DNA of 64,000 nt from NCBI GenBank assembly GCA_047601445.1, contig JASGJH010000001.1, forward strand, positions 1,696,001 through 1,760,000, given 5' to 3'. The notes under the pieces were generated by a model that worked only from the letters and a program-made list of their open reading frames with translations, did not search any database and was not told the origin of the DNA. Shown here in pieces: positions 30,180 through 39,803 of the stretch. Numbering within the stretch: position 1 is the stretch's first letter; each line of letters opens with the position of its first letter. A program made the translations under genes and the position numbers. Origin of the DNA: Myxococcales bacterium (GTDB lineage: Bacteria; Myxococcota_A; Polyangia; Polyangiales; DASUME01).

Positions 30180-31613
30180 TCAGCCGGGTTCGCTGCTTTC
30201 GGGTGCGGTCCGAGGTAGCGTCACCGTGAAGGTCGAGCCGACGCCCTGCGTGCTCTCGACGGTGATGTCGCCGCCCAGGATGCGACAGAGCTTGCGGCTG
30301 AGCGCGAGCCCGAGCCCCGTCCCGCCGTACTTGCTGCTGGTGCTGCTTTCGGCCTGCGTGAACTCCTGAAACAGCGAGCCGAGCTGGTCGGGCGTGATGC
30401 CGATGCCCGTGTCGCGCACCGCGAACTTCAAGAGCTTGCCGTCGGCTTCTGCCGAGACCGAGAGCGTGACCGTGCCGCGTTCGGTGAACTTCGCCGCGTT
30501 GGACATCAAGTTGAGGAGCACCTGCCGAACCTTGGTGACGTCCGTATGAAGTGCGCCGAGCTCTCCCTGGGTCTCCACGACGAGCTTGTTATCCTTCTTC
30601 TTGAACAAGGGCTCGGCCACGGACACCACAGCGGTCAGCATCGCCGTGACATCGACTTGCTCGGCAAAGATCGCCATTCGGCCCGCCTCGATCTTGCTCA
30701 GGTCGAGCACGTCGGTGATGAGCGCCAAGAGGTGTCGTCCGCTCGCGTTGATCTTCGACAGGTCCTCCGTGAAGGCTCCTTCGCCGCGCTCCGTGGCCTC
30801 TTCGTGCAGCATCTCGCTGTAGCCGATGATGGCGTTGAGCGGGGTGCGCAGCTCGTGGGACATGTTGGCCAGAAAGCGCGACTTGTGGCGGCTGGCCTCC
30901 GCGATCTCGAGGTTGCGTTGCTCGAGCTGGCTCAGCGCTTCGGACAACGCGCTGGTCGACACCTCCAGGCGCTGGTTGAGCGAAACTTGGGCGGCCTTCT
31001 CTGCGTCGAGCAGGGAGGCGTGGTAGCGGATGGCGGAATACACGATGGTGCCGACCGCGGCGATGTGGAACAGGAAGAAGAACCTGCGCGCGTTCTCGGG
31101 CAAGAACGGCGCGTGGCTCGCCAGCATGGGGTCGATGGCCGTGAACGCCAAGAGCGCGACCAAGAGCGCGACGAACCAGGGTAGCGATTGGCGCGCACCG
31201 TGGAAGAGGATGGCGACGAGCGGGGCCAGGAACGTCCACAGGATGAACCCGCTCGAGTTGGCAAAGCCCCCAAGAAAGAACTGCAACGCCAGGGGTCCCA
31301 GGAAGATGAGCAATGCCTGCTGGAAGCGAAACCGCGGGAAGTTGCGCGTGATCAGAAACACGATCGCACTCACGACCGTCAGTCCCTGATAAACGAGGGG
31401 CACCATCGCAGCGAGTGGCACGCCGAGCTTGTAGTAGGTCAAAGCCAGGGTCGGACAGGCCGGCGCCTTGGCTAGCGCGACGGTGAGGAGCAGGCGCTTC
31501 TTGCGCAACGCTGCATCGTCATCTCCCGGCGCCGCAACCACCGTGACCAGACGTTCCCACAACCGAGCTATGGCCCCCGGCGGGCTCGTCTCCGCGGTTG
31601 CTGCTGCCGACAT
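30180..31613 (-). CDS. Membrane sensor histidine kinase
   Basis: About six TM helices, then H box [11 protein letters not shown] box [19 protein letters not shown] and GTGLGL. Start placed at ATG 31613. Confidence 0.92.
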   Translation of the reverse strand: MSAAATAETSPPGAIARLWERLVTVVAAPGDDDAALRKKRLLLTVALAKAPACPTLALTYYKLGVPLAAMVPLVYQGLTVVSAIVFLITRNFPRFRFQQALLIFLGPLALQFFLGGFANSSGFILWTFLAPLVAILFHGARQSLPWFVALLVALLAFTAIDPMLASHAPFLPENARRFFFLFHIAAVGTIVYSAIRYHASLLDAEKAAQVSLNQRLEVSTSALSEALSQLEQRNLEIAEASRHKSRFLANMSHELRTPLNAIIGYSEMLHEEATERGEGAFTEDLSKINASGRHLLALITDVLDLSKIEAGRMAIFAEQVDVTAMLTAVVSVAEPLFKKKDNKLVVETQGELGALHTDVTKVRQVLLNLMSNAAKFTERGTVTLSVSAEADGKLLKFAVRDTGIGITPDQLGSLFQEFTQAESSTSSKYGGTGLGLALSRKLCRILGGDITVESTQGVGSTFTVTLPRTAPESSEPG

Positions 31614-31679
31614 CCCAACCTCCCGAGTCGCCCGCAAGCTATCACAAAACAGCAGTACCCAAGGCCGCGGAGCACCTTC

Positions 31680-31695
31680 TGGCGTGCTTTCTGCA
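31680..31695 (+). promoter_or_regulatory. Candidate sigma54 (-24/-12) promoter
   Basis: TGGCGTGCTTTCTGCA has canonical GG-N10-GC spacing, followed by GGAGG and ATG 31719. Confidence 0.55.
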
Positions 31696-31718
31696 TCGCG
31701 CTCGGCTGGAGGGGCACG

Positions 31719-32099
31719 ATGAAATTGCACGTCCTGGCCGCGCTGGCCTTGTCCGCCCTGGCGTCCTGCGGCAGCGATGACCTCGGCACCGGCGTGGAGG
31801 AGCCCGACTGTCCAAAGGGCTCCACGCTCACCTACGCAGAGAACATCCAGCCCTTCATGGCGGAGTACTGCACCAGCTGTCACTCCGCTAGCGTGCCGGA
31901 ATCCCAGCGCGACGGGGCACCGACCAATCTGAACTTCGACACCGAAGCGGAGATCATCGCGAATACCACCGGAATCATCAAGCAAGCGGCGGCTGGTCCA
32001 GGCTTCAAGAACACCAAGATGCCCGAAGGAGACGGCCCCAAGCCGTCGAACGACGAGCGCAAGATGCTAGGCGAGTGGCTCGCCTGCCAAGCCGAATAG
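31719..32099 (+). CDS. Mono-heme c-type cytochrome lipoprotein
   Basis: Lipobox LASC, heme motif CTSCH, distal KMP (possible axial Met). Confidence 0.75.
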   Translation: MKLHVLAALALSALASCGSDDLGTGVEEPDCPKGSTLTYAENIQPFMAEYCTSCHSASVPESQRDGAPTNLNFDTEAEIIANTTGIIKQAAAGPGFKNTKMPEGDGPKPSNDERKMLGEWLACQAE

Positions 32100-32450
32100 G
32101 ACGCCGATCGGCGAGGCGGGGCCCGGCGTCGCGTCGACGTGCTGTGGCGAAATCCTCGCTGGGCGCAGCGCCACCACACTTGGCAGCCCCCGGCGCAACC
32201 GGGCCGAGCGCCCACGCGCGCGACCACCGACTCGACGAGCGAGGCTGGCACCCTCCCGTTTCGTTGGGTGGCTCACCCGCAGGATGCGAACGTTGCTGCA
32301 CGGCTCCTTTGTCCTTGAGCTAGGAATGGTGACCCCAACCTCCATCTCGGAGGCCTTCCGTCCGGCCCAAGCGGCGTGAGCGCCCGTCCCTGCATTCGAA
32401 GCGGGCCGAGGGCACCCCGCGCGCCCCTTCCCCGCGGCATGCTGAGGCTC

Positions 32451-32927
32451 ATGGACAACAGCCTTCGCGCGAGCGCCCGTGAGCGCGCTTCGGTCCGGCT
32501 TGCTAGCGCACCCGATCTGCAACGCCTGCTGCCGCACGTCCGTGAGTTCTGGAAGTTCGAACAGCTCTCGTGGGACACCGTCGACGTAGCCGCCGTCCTC
32601 GGCAACTTGCTGGCAGATCCGCGCCTGGGCTGTGTTTTCGTGGTCGAGCTGGAGCAGGAGCTGGTGGGGTACCTCGTGCTGACTTTTGGGTACAGCATCG
32701 AGCACGGGGGCCGCGACGCGCTCGTCGACGAGCTCTATCTGCGGCCCGACCTGAGGGGCGCCGGGGTGGGCGCACGCTTGATCGACAGCGCCGCCGCGGC
32801 CTGCCGCGCCCAGGGAGTTCGCCGGCTTCATCTGGAGGTCGATGACACCAACCTCCGCGCATCGCAGCTGTACGGACGACTTGGGTTCGCGCGGAACCAA
32901 CGCTTCTTGATGACCATGAAGCTGTGA
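32451..32927 (+). CDS. GNAT N-acetyltransferase
   Basis: VDELYLRPDLRGAGVG acetyl-CoA motif, LEVDDTN..A..LY..LGF. Confidence 0.88.
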   Translation: MDNSLRASARERASVRLASAPDLQRLLPHVREFWKFEQLSWDTVDVAAVLGNLLADPRLGCVFVVELEQELVGYLVLTFGYSIEHGGRDALVDELYLRPDLRGAGVGARLIDSAAAACRAQGVRRLHLEVDDTNLRASQLYGRLGFARNQRFLMTMKL

Positions 32928-33012
32928 GCGGCCGTTCGCGCGAGAACGCCGTGGCCGTGGCGGGATCAGCGGGTAAGGGTAGAAACGGGCACGCAGGTGC
33001 TCCCAACCAACT

Positions 33013-33720
33013 ATGGAGATGACCATGAGCAGTGCACAGGTGAGTAAGGCATCCGAGGCCCGCGGTGCGAGCACTGAGTCGCAAGAGCGCAAGCTCGAGG
33101 TCGTCGTCGTTCCCGTTTCAGACGTGGACAGGGCGAAGCGCTTCTACGAGGGCTTGGGCTGGCGCATGGATGGGGACTTCGCAGCAGGCGACAACTGGCG
33201 CGTCGTGCAGATGACACCTCCCGGATCTCCGTGCTCGGTGCTTTTCGGCAAGGGGCTCACGACGGCGACGCCCGGTTCGGTTCAAGGGTTGTTCTTGGTG
33301 GTGTCGGATCTCGAAGGCGCCCGCAACGATCTTCAAAAGCACGATGTCGCGGTGAGTGAGGTCTTTCACTTCGCTGACGGTCTGCACGTGGTCGGTGAGC
33401 AAGGACGCGCGCCAGGTCCGGATCCACAGGGCCGCTCTTACTTCTCGTTTGCGTCCTTCCAGGATCCCGACGGCAACGGCTGGCTGCTGCAGGAGATCAA
33501 GGAGCGGCTGCCCGGACGTGGGCTCAGTTTGGATATCGGCGCCCTAACCGAGCTACTGCGGGAGGCGGAGCAGCAACACGGCAAGTACGAGCCCTCGGCC
33601 CCCAAGCATCACTGGTCGCACTTCTACGCCGCGTACGTGATCGCCCGCGAACGAGGGAAGAGCGCGGACGAGGCCGCCAAGGAAGGCAAGCAGCGCGTGG
33701 AGTCCTCTCTCGGGTCCTGA
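33013..33720 (+). CDS. VOC/glyoxalase family protein with C-terminal helical extension
   Basis: VPVSDVDRAKRFY, TPPGSPCS, FQDPDGNGWLLQE. Start may be 33019 or 33025. Confidence 0.88.
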   Translation: MEMTMSSAQVSKASEARGASTESQERKLEVVVVPVSDVDRAKRFYEGLGWRMDGDFAAGDNWRVVQMTPPGSPCSVLFGKGLTTATPGSVQGLFLVVSDLEGARNDLQKHDVAVSEVFHFADGLHVVGEQGRAPGPDPQGRSYFSFASFQDPDGNGWLLQEIKERLPGRGLSLDIGALTELLREAEQQHGKYEPSAPKHHWSHFYAAYVIARERGKSADEAAKEGKQRVESSLGS

Positions 33721-34093
33721 CGCGGCAGCCATCCGCTCTGGTGGCGCGCGCCAAACTCGCCTGGTTCAACCGAGCCGAATTCGCCCCCGCCAGAGGGAGC
33801 CCCCAAGCCGTTGTCGAAACTCGATTCTCCCTGCCGCTCACGGGATCGAGGACGAGCCCGGTCGTGCGCCCACCTCACTTTCCCTTCCGCTGCCTGCTGA
33901 CCGCCGGTTTTGGGCAGATTTTGGGTCGTAAGCCTGGGCGCCAGCGACGGCAGATTGCAACCTGTGCGCAAACTCCCGGCCAGCGCCCAGCTTGGTGTGG
34001 CTATAGTCATATCGTGCACGCTGCCACTCCAGCCTACGGTAGTCAGCTTGACCGCCCCTTGCGGAGTGGGGTACCGACAACGCCGGGGGAAAC

Positions 34094-34711
34094 GTGATCG
34101 CCACGACTAGCGAGATCAGCGACGAGCGTTTGCGGCTTATCGAGGCCGTGTCCAAGCACTGCGACCTGCGCGAGCGACTCGCCTTGGTCCCGCCTTCCGC
34201 CAAGGTCCGCGGGCTCTACTTCGGCAGCATCGAGGCCGTGCTTGGGCGCGCGGGTAAGGCACAGAAATACAAGGGGCTTTTCCCTGAGCGGTTCGCCGCA
34301 GTGAGTTGGCATCCGGCGGGCGAGTTCCTGACGCGCCTCGCGGTGGGGGGAGCACTCCTCATGTCTCCCGAGCGTGTGCACGAAGGCATGTACGAGATCG
34401 GCCGGCGCAACGCCGCGGCGTTCACCGAGAGCTTGCTCGGACGTACGTTGCTCCGCTTCCTCTCGCGCGACCCGAAGAAGCTCTTGCAGCAGGCCAACGC
34501 CGGACGGCGCCAAAGCACCAATTTCGCGCGCTGGGATATCAGCTTTCCCGACCAGCACACAGCGATCGTCGAGATGGCGGAAGAGTACCAGTGGATTGAA
34601 TCGAACGCGCTCGGCGCCGCCGTCGGTACCTTCGAGGCAGTAGGAATTCCCATGAAAGCCGAGGTTGAGCTGACCAGCCGCTTTGTGGGGCGTCACATCC
34701 TGCGCTGGTAG
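34094..34711 (+). CDS. DUF2378 / TIGR02265 myxobacterial family protein
   Basis: KVRGLYF, IGRRNAAAFTESLLGR and C-terminal ...LRW pattern typical of this family. Confidence 0.75.
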   Translation: MIATTSEISDERLRLIEAVSKHCDLRERLALVPPSAKVRGLYFGSIEAVLGRAGKAQKYKGLFPERFAAVSWHPAGEFLTRLAVGGALLMSPERVHEGMYEIGRRNAAAFTESLLGRTLLRFLSRDPKKLLQQANAGRRQSTNFARWDISFPDQHTAIVEMAEEYQWIESNALGAAVGTFEAVGIPMKAEVELTSRFVGRHILRW

Positions 34712-34876
34712 CGCAAGCTTGTTATCGTCAAATGCAAGGGTTATTGCGCTTTTGGTCGGGAAGAATTGCACGTTTGAAAACGTACGCCCCCCTCCCGCGG
34801 CTGGTTCGGCATCAACGCTTACAGTCCCAGTAAGGTAACATCCCGAAGTGGGGTGTAGTGTGGGCAATTCGGCGCT

Positions 34877-34892
34877 CGGCATCGAACGTGCT
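34877..34892 (+). promoter_or_regulatory. Candidate sigma54 promoter of the ThDP/KAS III operon
   Basis: CGGCATCGAACGTGCT with GG-N10-GC spacing, 57 nt before ATG 34950 and downstream of an AT-rich tract. Confidence 0.4.
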
Positions 34893-34949
34893 TAGCGCCG
34901 AAACCGCAGGCGTCTGCCCCCCGGCGAGAGGCCTGCGTGAGGAAGTTCC

Positions 34950-36767
34950 ATGCACCCAGTGCGAGACGAGCGCGCGGCTTCAAGCCGTCGACGCACCCCT
35001 TTGCTTCGTGAAGCCCCCGACGCTGCTCCCCGTACCGCGAGCCCCACTGAGTCAACACTGGCAGAAGGCGCTGCCGCACGACGGCTAGTAGCGGCCCTGC
35101 TCGCGCGCGGTGTCGACACCTTCTTCGGGATCCCGGGCGGCCCCGTATGTCCCGTATTCGACGCGATCCGGATGACGCCAGGCGCGCACCTCGTCGAGTC
35201 ACGGCACGAAAGTCACGCCGCCTTCGCAGCATCACTCTATGCACGCGCGAGTGGACGCGTGCCGGCGTTGGTGGTCACCGCAGGACCGGGGGTCACGCAC
35301 GCTGTGACGGGCATCGCCTCGGCGAGTCTCGAGCGCACTCCCATGCTGGTCATCGCTGGTGACGTGGCTTGGGCAACCACGGGTGCACGCACGGCGCAGG
35401 ACTCGGGCCCGGAGGGCATCGCTATCGAGACGATGCTCGCACCGATCACCCGCGTGCAGATCCGCGCCGCGCATTCACGCAGCGTGGTGAGCCAGGCGCT
35501 CGCAGCGCTCGACATTGCGTCGGATCCGCTGTTTCCAGGGCCCGCCCTGTTCGTGCTGCCGCTCGACCGCGGCATGGGCGAGTGCGGCATGTTCGAGGTG
35601 ACCCCGAAAGCCGCGCGCTACGAAGTGCCGGCTCCCGAGGCCGCAGTGGAGCAGACGGCGGCTTGGCTGTCCGAGGCGACGCGACCTTTGCTCGTCATCG
35701 GCGCTGGCTGCCGGGGCAACGAAGAAGCGATACGCGAGCTCGTCGACGCCCTCGACGTACCCTTCGTCACCACACCGCGCGCGAAGGGCCTCGTCAGCGA
35801 GCGCCATCCTCGCTCTCTACGCAACGGCGGCATGGCGGCTTCGCTCTGGGCACGTCGCTACACGGCTGAGCCCGTCGATGTGTGCGTGGCGCTCGGGACG
35901 GACCTCGACGACACATCGGTAGGCCCCACGCGCTATCTCGGCGCGGAGGGCAAGCTCGTGCACGTGGACCTCGACGCGCGCGTCTTCGGCCGGAACTTGC
36001 CGACGGCGCTCGCCGTGACCGCCGACGTGGCTGCCTTCGCGCGCGCACTTTGTCGCCGCGTCGACGGCGCACCGATCGGTACGATGAGCGCACGCACCGC
36101 CCTGCACGAAGCGCGCTGTGTGCCGCCGTTCGACGTAGCCGACCCCTCGCGCGACGATGCAGCACCGATTCGTCCGCACCGAGCCATCGCCGACCTCGAA
36201 GCCGCCATGCCTGCGGGCACCCGCTACGTGACCGACATCGGCGAGCACATGTTGTTCGGGCTGCACTACTTGACCGCGTCGGCCCCGGACTCGTTCTACA
36301 TGCAGCTGAATCTCGGCAGCATGGGCTCGGGCATCGCGGGCGCCATCGGCCTCGCGCTCGCGGATCGCGAGCGCCCGGTCGCATGCATCGCGGGCGATGG
36401 CGGCATGCAAATGTCCGGCATGGAGGCGCTCGTCGCGGTACGCGAGCGCTTGCCCATCCTGTTCGTCGTGTTCAACGACGCTCGCTACAACATGGTGCAT
36501 CACGGCATGCGCCAGATCTTCGGCGCAGCGCACACCTACGATATGCCTCAGATCGACTTTACGACCTGGGCGAGCTCGTTCGGGATGCCGGCTGCGAAGA
36601 TCACCAAGCCCGCCGAGCTATCGCCAGCGCTCGTCTGGCGCCTGCTCGCGTCGGGGGGCCCGGCGCTGCTCGACGTGCGCATCGATGCGAGCGTACGGAT
36701 CCGCGGTGGCGGGCGCGTCGAAGCCCTACAACACATGTCGATGCTCTCGCAAAGCAAGCAAGGATAG
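34950..36767 (+). CDS. Thiamine diphosphate-dependent enzyme (acetolactate synthase-like, candidate acyloin synthase)
   Basis: FGIPGG, SRHE (catalytic Glu), TAGPG, GSMGSG and the GDGG...NDARY ThDP/Mg motif. Confidence 0.9.
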   Translation: MHPVRDERAASSRRRTPLLREAPDAAPRTASPTESTLAEGAAARRLVAALLARGVDTFFGIPGGPVCPVFDAIRMTPGAHLVESRHESHAAFAASLYARASGRVPALVVTAGPGVTHAVTGIASASLERTPMLVIAGDVAWATTGARTAQDSGPEGIAIETMLAPITRVQIRAAHSRSVVSQALAALDIASDPLFPGPALFVLPLDRGMGECGMFEVTPKAARYEVPAPEAAVEQTAAWLSEATRPLLVIGAGCRGNEEAIRELVDALDVPFVTTPRAKGLVSERHPRSLRNGGMAASLWARRYTAEPVDVCVALGTDLDDTSVGPTRYLGAEGKLVHVDLDARVFGRNLPTALAVTADVAAFARALCRRVDGAPIGTMSARTALHEARCVPPFDVADPSRDDAAPIRPHRAIADLEAAMPAGTRYVTDIGEHMLFGLHYLTASAPDSFYMQLNLGSMGSGIAGAIGLALADRERPVACIAGDGGMQMSGMEALVAVRERLPILFVVFNDARYNMVHHGMRQIFGAAHTYDMPQIDFTTWASSFGMPAAKITKPAELSPALVWRLLASGGPALLDVRIDASVRIRGGGRVEALQHMSMLSQSKQG

Positions 36768-36774
36768 GAAGACC

Positions 36775-37854
36775 ATGAAAGTTGCATCGGTCACAGGGCT
36801 CGGCACTTGGCTGCCCGAGGCGATTCGCACCAACGACGCTTGGCCTGAAAGCTTCGCCAAGCGCGATCACGTGAAGGGGGATCGCACCTTCAACGATATT
36901 CCCGCCTCTCTCGATCCCCGAGGTGCCGCACTGGTCGAGCACGAGCTCGCGCGCGAAGCGAGCGACCCGTTTCTGGGAGCGAAGCTGAGGCACGTGGCCG
37001 ACGCTGAGACCTCGACGCTCGACGGCGAGACCATCGCGGCACAGCGCGCGCTCGAGGACGCCGCAGTCGACCCGAAAGACGTTGATCTCGTGCTCACGTT
37101 TTCAGCCGTCCCAGATCGCATTTCGCCGCCGAGCGCGGGCGGAATTGCCGATCGTCTGGGGGCGCACAATGCGCGTGGCATCGGCATGGATGCGGCCTGC
37201 GCCAGCGGAGTCGTCCAGCTCGAGATGGCTCGCGCGTTCATCGGCACCGGCATGGCCAAGGTGGTCCTGCTCGTACACTCGCACCTGATGCTGCGCGCCA
37301 TGCCCATGACGCACCCGGCCAGCCCAGGTCTCGGTGACGCCGCAAGCGCCATTGTCGTCACCGCCGGCGAGTCCGGCCTCGTCCTGCGCAGCACCTACGT
37401 GCGCACCCACGGCGAGTACAGGCAGGCCGTGTGCTGGGTCCGAGGTGTCGACGACGATACCGACATTCCGTGGTGGAAAGCCGGCGGCGAATTTCGCCCC
37501 GGGAGCCGCCAGCCAGAGGCCGTCAAAGCCCTGATGCGAGACACGGTGAGCTACGGGTCGGCCACGCTGCGTGAAGCGGCCCACGCCATCGGCACCGACC
37601 TGGAGCGCGTCTCGGTCCTCGCCTGCGTGCAGCCTCGCGGGTTCCTGCCGGGCGCCATCGCGGAGCACGCCGGTCTTCGGCGCGAGTGCGCCGTGACCAC
37701 CTACGAACGCATCGCTCACGTGGGCTCGTGCGGTCCGGTGTTCAACCTACTCGAGAGTCGACGCCAGGGCCGACTCAACAGGGGCGACCTGGTTGGGCTG
37801 TACGGACAAGGCGCCGGCTTCACACGCGCCGCAGCCCTGCTCGAAATGGTCTAA
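36775..37854 (+). CDS. KAS III/FabH-fold enzyme with atypical active site
   Basis: TGLGTWLP, DAACASG (catalytic Cys), GDAASA, YGQGAGF. Starts 7 nt after the ThDP gene with an AGGA RBS. Confidence 0.85.
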   Translation: MKVASVTGLGTWLPEAIRTNDAWPESFAKRDHVKGDRTFNDIPASLDPRGAALVEHELAREASDPFLGAKLRHVADAETSTLDGETIAAQRALEDAAVDPKDVDLVLTFSAVPDRISPPSAGGIADRLGAHNARGIGMDAACASGVVQLEMARAFIGTGMAKVVLLVHSHLMLRAMPMTHPASPGLGDAASAIVVTAGESGLVLRSTYVRTHGEYRQAVCWVRGVDDDTDIPWWKAGGEFRPGSRQPEAVKALMRDTVSYGSATLREAAHAIGTDLERVSVLACVQPRGFLPGAIAEHAGLRRECAVTTYERIAHVGSCGPVFNLLESRRQGRLNRGDLVGLYGQGAGFTRAAALLEMV

Positions 37855-37897
37855 AAAAAACTTTGGACTACGCGCCGCGGCCGTAGACACTCCCCTG

Positions 37898-39541
37898 ATG
37901 GGAGCGAATCGGACACTCGTGCTGGTGAGGAGCGAAGAGGCTCTCCAGATCCTGCTCGGAATGGTCGAACAGCTGCCTGGGGTGCGCGGTCGCGCCTTCG
38001 AGTTCGACATCCTGCGGGGTGAACCCAGCCAGGCCATGTCCGAGCGCCGCGAGCAAGAGGGGAACATCCCCATCGGCGTGATCGCCGAGGATGAGCCGAC
38101 CGCCTTGGCAGCTCTGTCCGGGGGCGCCGACGAGGCCCTCGTGCTGCCCGAGCTCAGCACGGCGAGCGTGGTGACCTTTATCGATCGCACCGAATTTCGC
38201 GCGGGCCTGCGGGTCGAAACCCATCGCCTGCACGAGCGCTTCGCGCACACCGAGAAGCTGACCGCCCTGGGCACCTTGGTCGCAGGCGTCGGCCACGAAA
38301 TCAACAACCCACTCTCCGCCGTGCTCCTGCTACTCGAGGCTGGACGCCGTGAAATCCTGCCCGCGATGCAAACGGCCTGGGAAGTGGTGCGCTTGCTCGA
38401 GCAGGGAGAGCGCGTACCCGAGTCTCTCGTGCGAAGCCTGAGCGCGCGCCTGAAGCCAACACGAGATGGCGTCGAGCCCACGCGCATTTTCGACGAGATT
38501 GGCTCCGCCTCCGACGCCATCGCCGGCATCGTGCGCGACCTGCGCGTCTTCGCGCGCACGGACGAGGAAGAGGCGCTCGAACTCGTCACCGTGCCCGACC
38601 TGATGGATCACACCATTCGGCTACTCGGCCGCGATCTTTTCAAGCGTTGCCTGATCGAGCGCGACTACGCATCCAACCTGCCCAGCCTGGTGATTCCCCG
38701 CAATCGGGTGACGCAGGTGCTCATGAACGTGCTCGTGAACGCGACCCATGCCATCAGCGAAGTCGAGCGCCCGATGCACCGCGTGAGCATCAGCGCGCGT
38801 GCCGACGAGGAGTTCGTAGCCATCGCCATCAGCGACACGGGGGTGGGCATCCCGCCCAAGTCCCTCGAGCGCATCTTCGACCCATTCTTCACGACCAAAC
38901 GCAAGGAGATGGGCACGGGTCTCGGGCTCTCCATCTCGCGTTCCATCGTACGGAGGCTAGGCGGCGAGTTGTCCGTCGAATCCGTATACGGAGAGGGCGC
39001 GACGTTCATTTGCTTCTTGCCCATCCCCACGCGCGACATGCTGCGGAGCGCCTTCAAGCGCACCGTCATCAGGGCTCGCGACACCTCCGCTTCATCCAGC
39101 ATGCGCGTCCTCGTGGTCGAGGATGACGTGCAGCTCCTGCGCTCCTATGCACGACTCCTGGGCGCGAGCCACCGCATGATCGTCGCCCACGATGGCCGCG
39201 AAGCCGTGGATCTGCTCGAGTCCGGCTCTGGGGCGGACATCGCGCTGTTGGAGCTCGACTTACTCGACATCGGAGACGGCTCGCTGCTCGACTGGCTGCA
39301 GACCCATCGACCGGAGCTCGCGCGCCGCACGGTGCTGGTGACCTCCATGGGATCCGCGCCCGAGCATGCAGAGCTCCTGCACCAGTACCCGGGCAAAGTG
39401 CTGCACAAGCCGATGCGGGGCGAGATCGTGCTCGAGACCATTGCGCGCCTCGCGAACCCGAGCCAGCCGCCCCCGGTACGAGAACGGTCGCCGACTGGCG
39501 AGGAGCGCGTCGCCGAAGAGCGCGTCGCCGAGGAACGCTGA
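37898..39541 (+). CDS. Soluble hybrid histidine kinase (degenerate REC - HisKA - HATPase - pseudo-REC)
   Basis: EKLTALGTLVAGVGHEINNPL, DTGVG, FDPFFTTK, GTGLGL. C-terminal REC has VEDD...LLELDL...HKP. Confidence 0.88.
   Translation: MGANRTLVLVRSEEALQILLGMVEQLPGVRGRAFEFDILRGEPSQAMSERREQEGNIPIGVIAEDEPTALAALSGGADEALVLPELSTASVVTFIDRTEFRAGLRVETHRLHERFAHTEKLTALGTLVAGVGHEINNPLSAVLLLLEAGRREILPAMQTAWEVVRLLEQGERVPESLVRSLSARLKPTRDGVEPTRIFDEIGSASDAIAGIVRDLRVFARTDEEEALELVTVPDLMDHTIRLLGRDLFKRCLIERDYASNLPSLVIPRNRVTQVLMNVLVNATHAISEVERPMHRVSISARADEEFVAIAISDTGVGIPPKSLERIFDPFFTTKRKEMGTGLGLSISRSIVRRLGGELSVESVYGEGATFICFLPIPTRDMLRSAFKRTVIRARDTSASSSMRVLVVEDDVQLLRSYARLLGASHRMIVAHDGREAVDLLESGSGADIALLELDLLDIGDGSLLDWLQTHRPELARRTVLVTSMGSAPEHAELLHQYPGKVLHKPMRGEIVLETIARLANPSQPPPVRERSPTGEERVAEERVAEER
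39500..39538 (+). repeat. 15-bp in-frame tandem repeat (EERVA x2.6) at the kinase C-terminus
   Basis: GAGGAGCGCGTCGCC GAAGAGCGCGTCGCC GAGGAACGC. Confidence 0.7.
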
Positions 39542-39803
39542 AGCCATGAGCGAGAAAGGCGGCCCCCCCTTCCCTTGGTTCGCCGGTCGGTCGACGGATT
39601 CGGACATAAGTCTGGGTGGAGGCATCCACAGAATCGGAAGCGGTGTAGAACTGGGCGAGGACCATCCAACCCCGGTCCAGCGTGTCTTCTCGACAGCTAG
39701 CCGTAGCGCGCGATGCTGTTTGTGCGGTAGAGCTCACCGACGGGGAGCCCGGCCGCACGCGTCGCGACCGTCGAGGCACTGAAGGAGCGCAATTCAGGCA
39801 TCT

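Noticed and set aside
34950..37854. Housekeeping ilvB and fabH
   Set aside because: No ilvN/ilvC or fab/acp context, and the KAS III lacks the His/Asn pair.
37853..37860. A8 homopolymer as a phase-variation tract or terminator
   Set aside because: It overlaps a stop codon and intergenic DNA, has no adjacent hairpin and cannot shift a reading frame.
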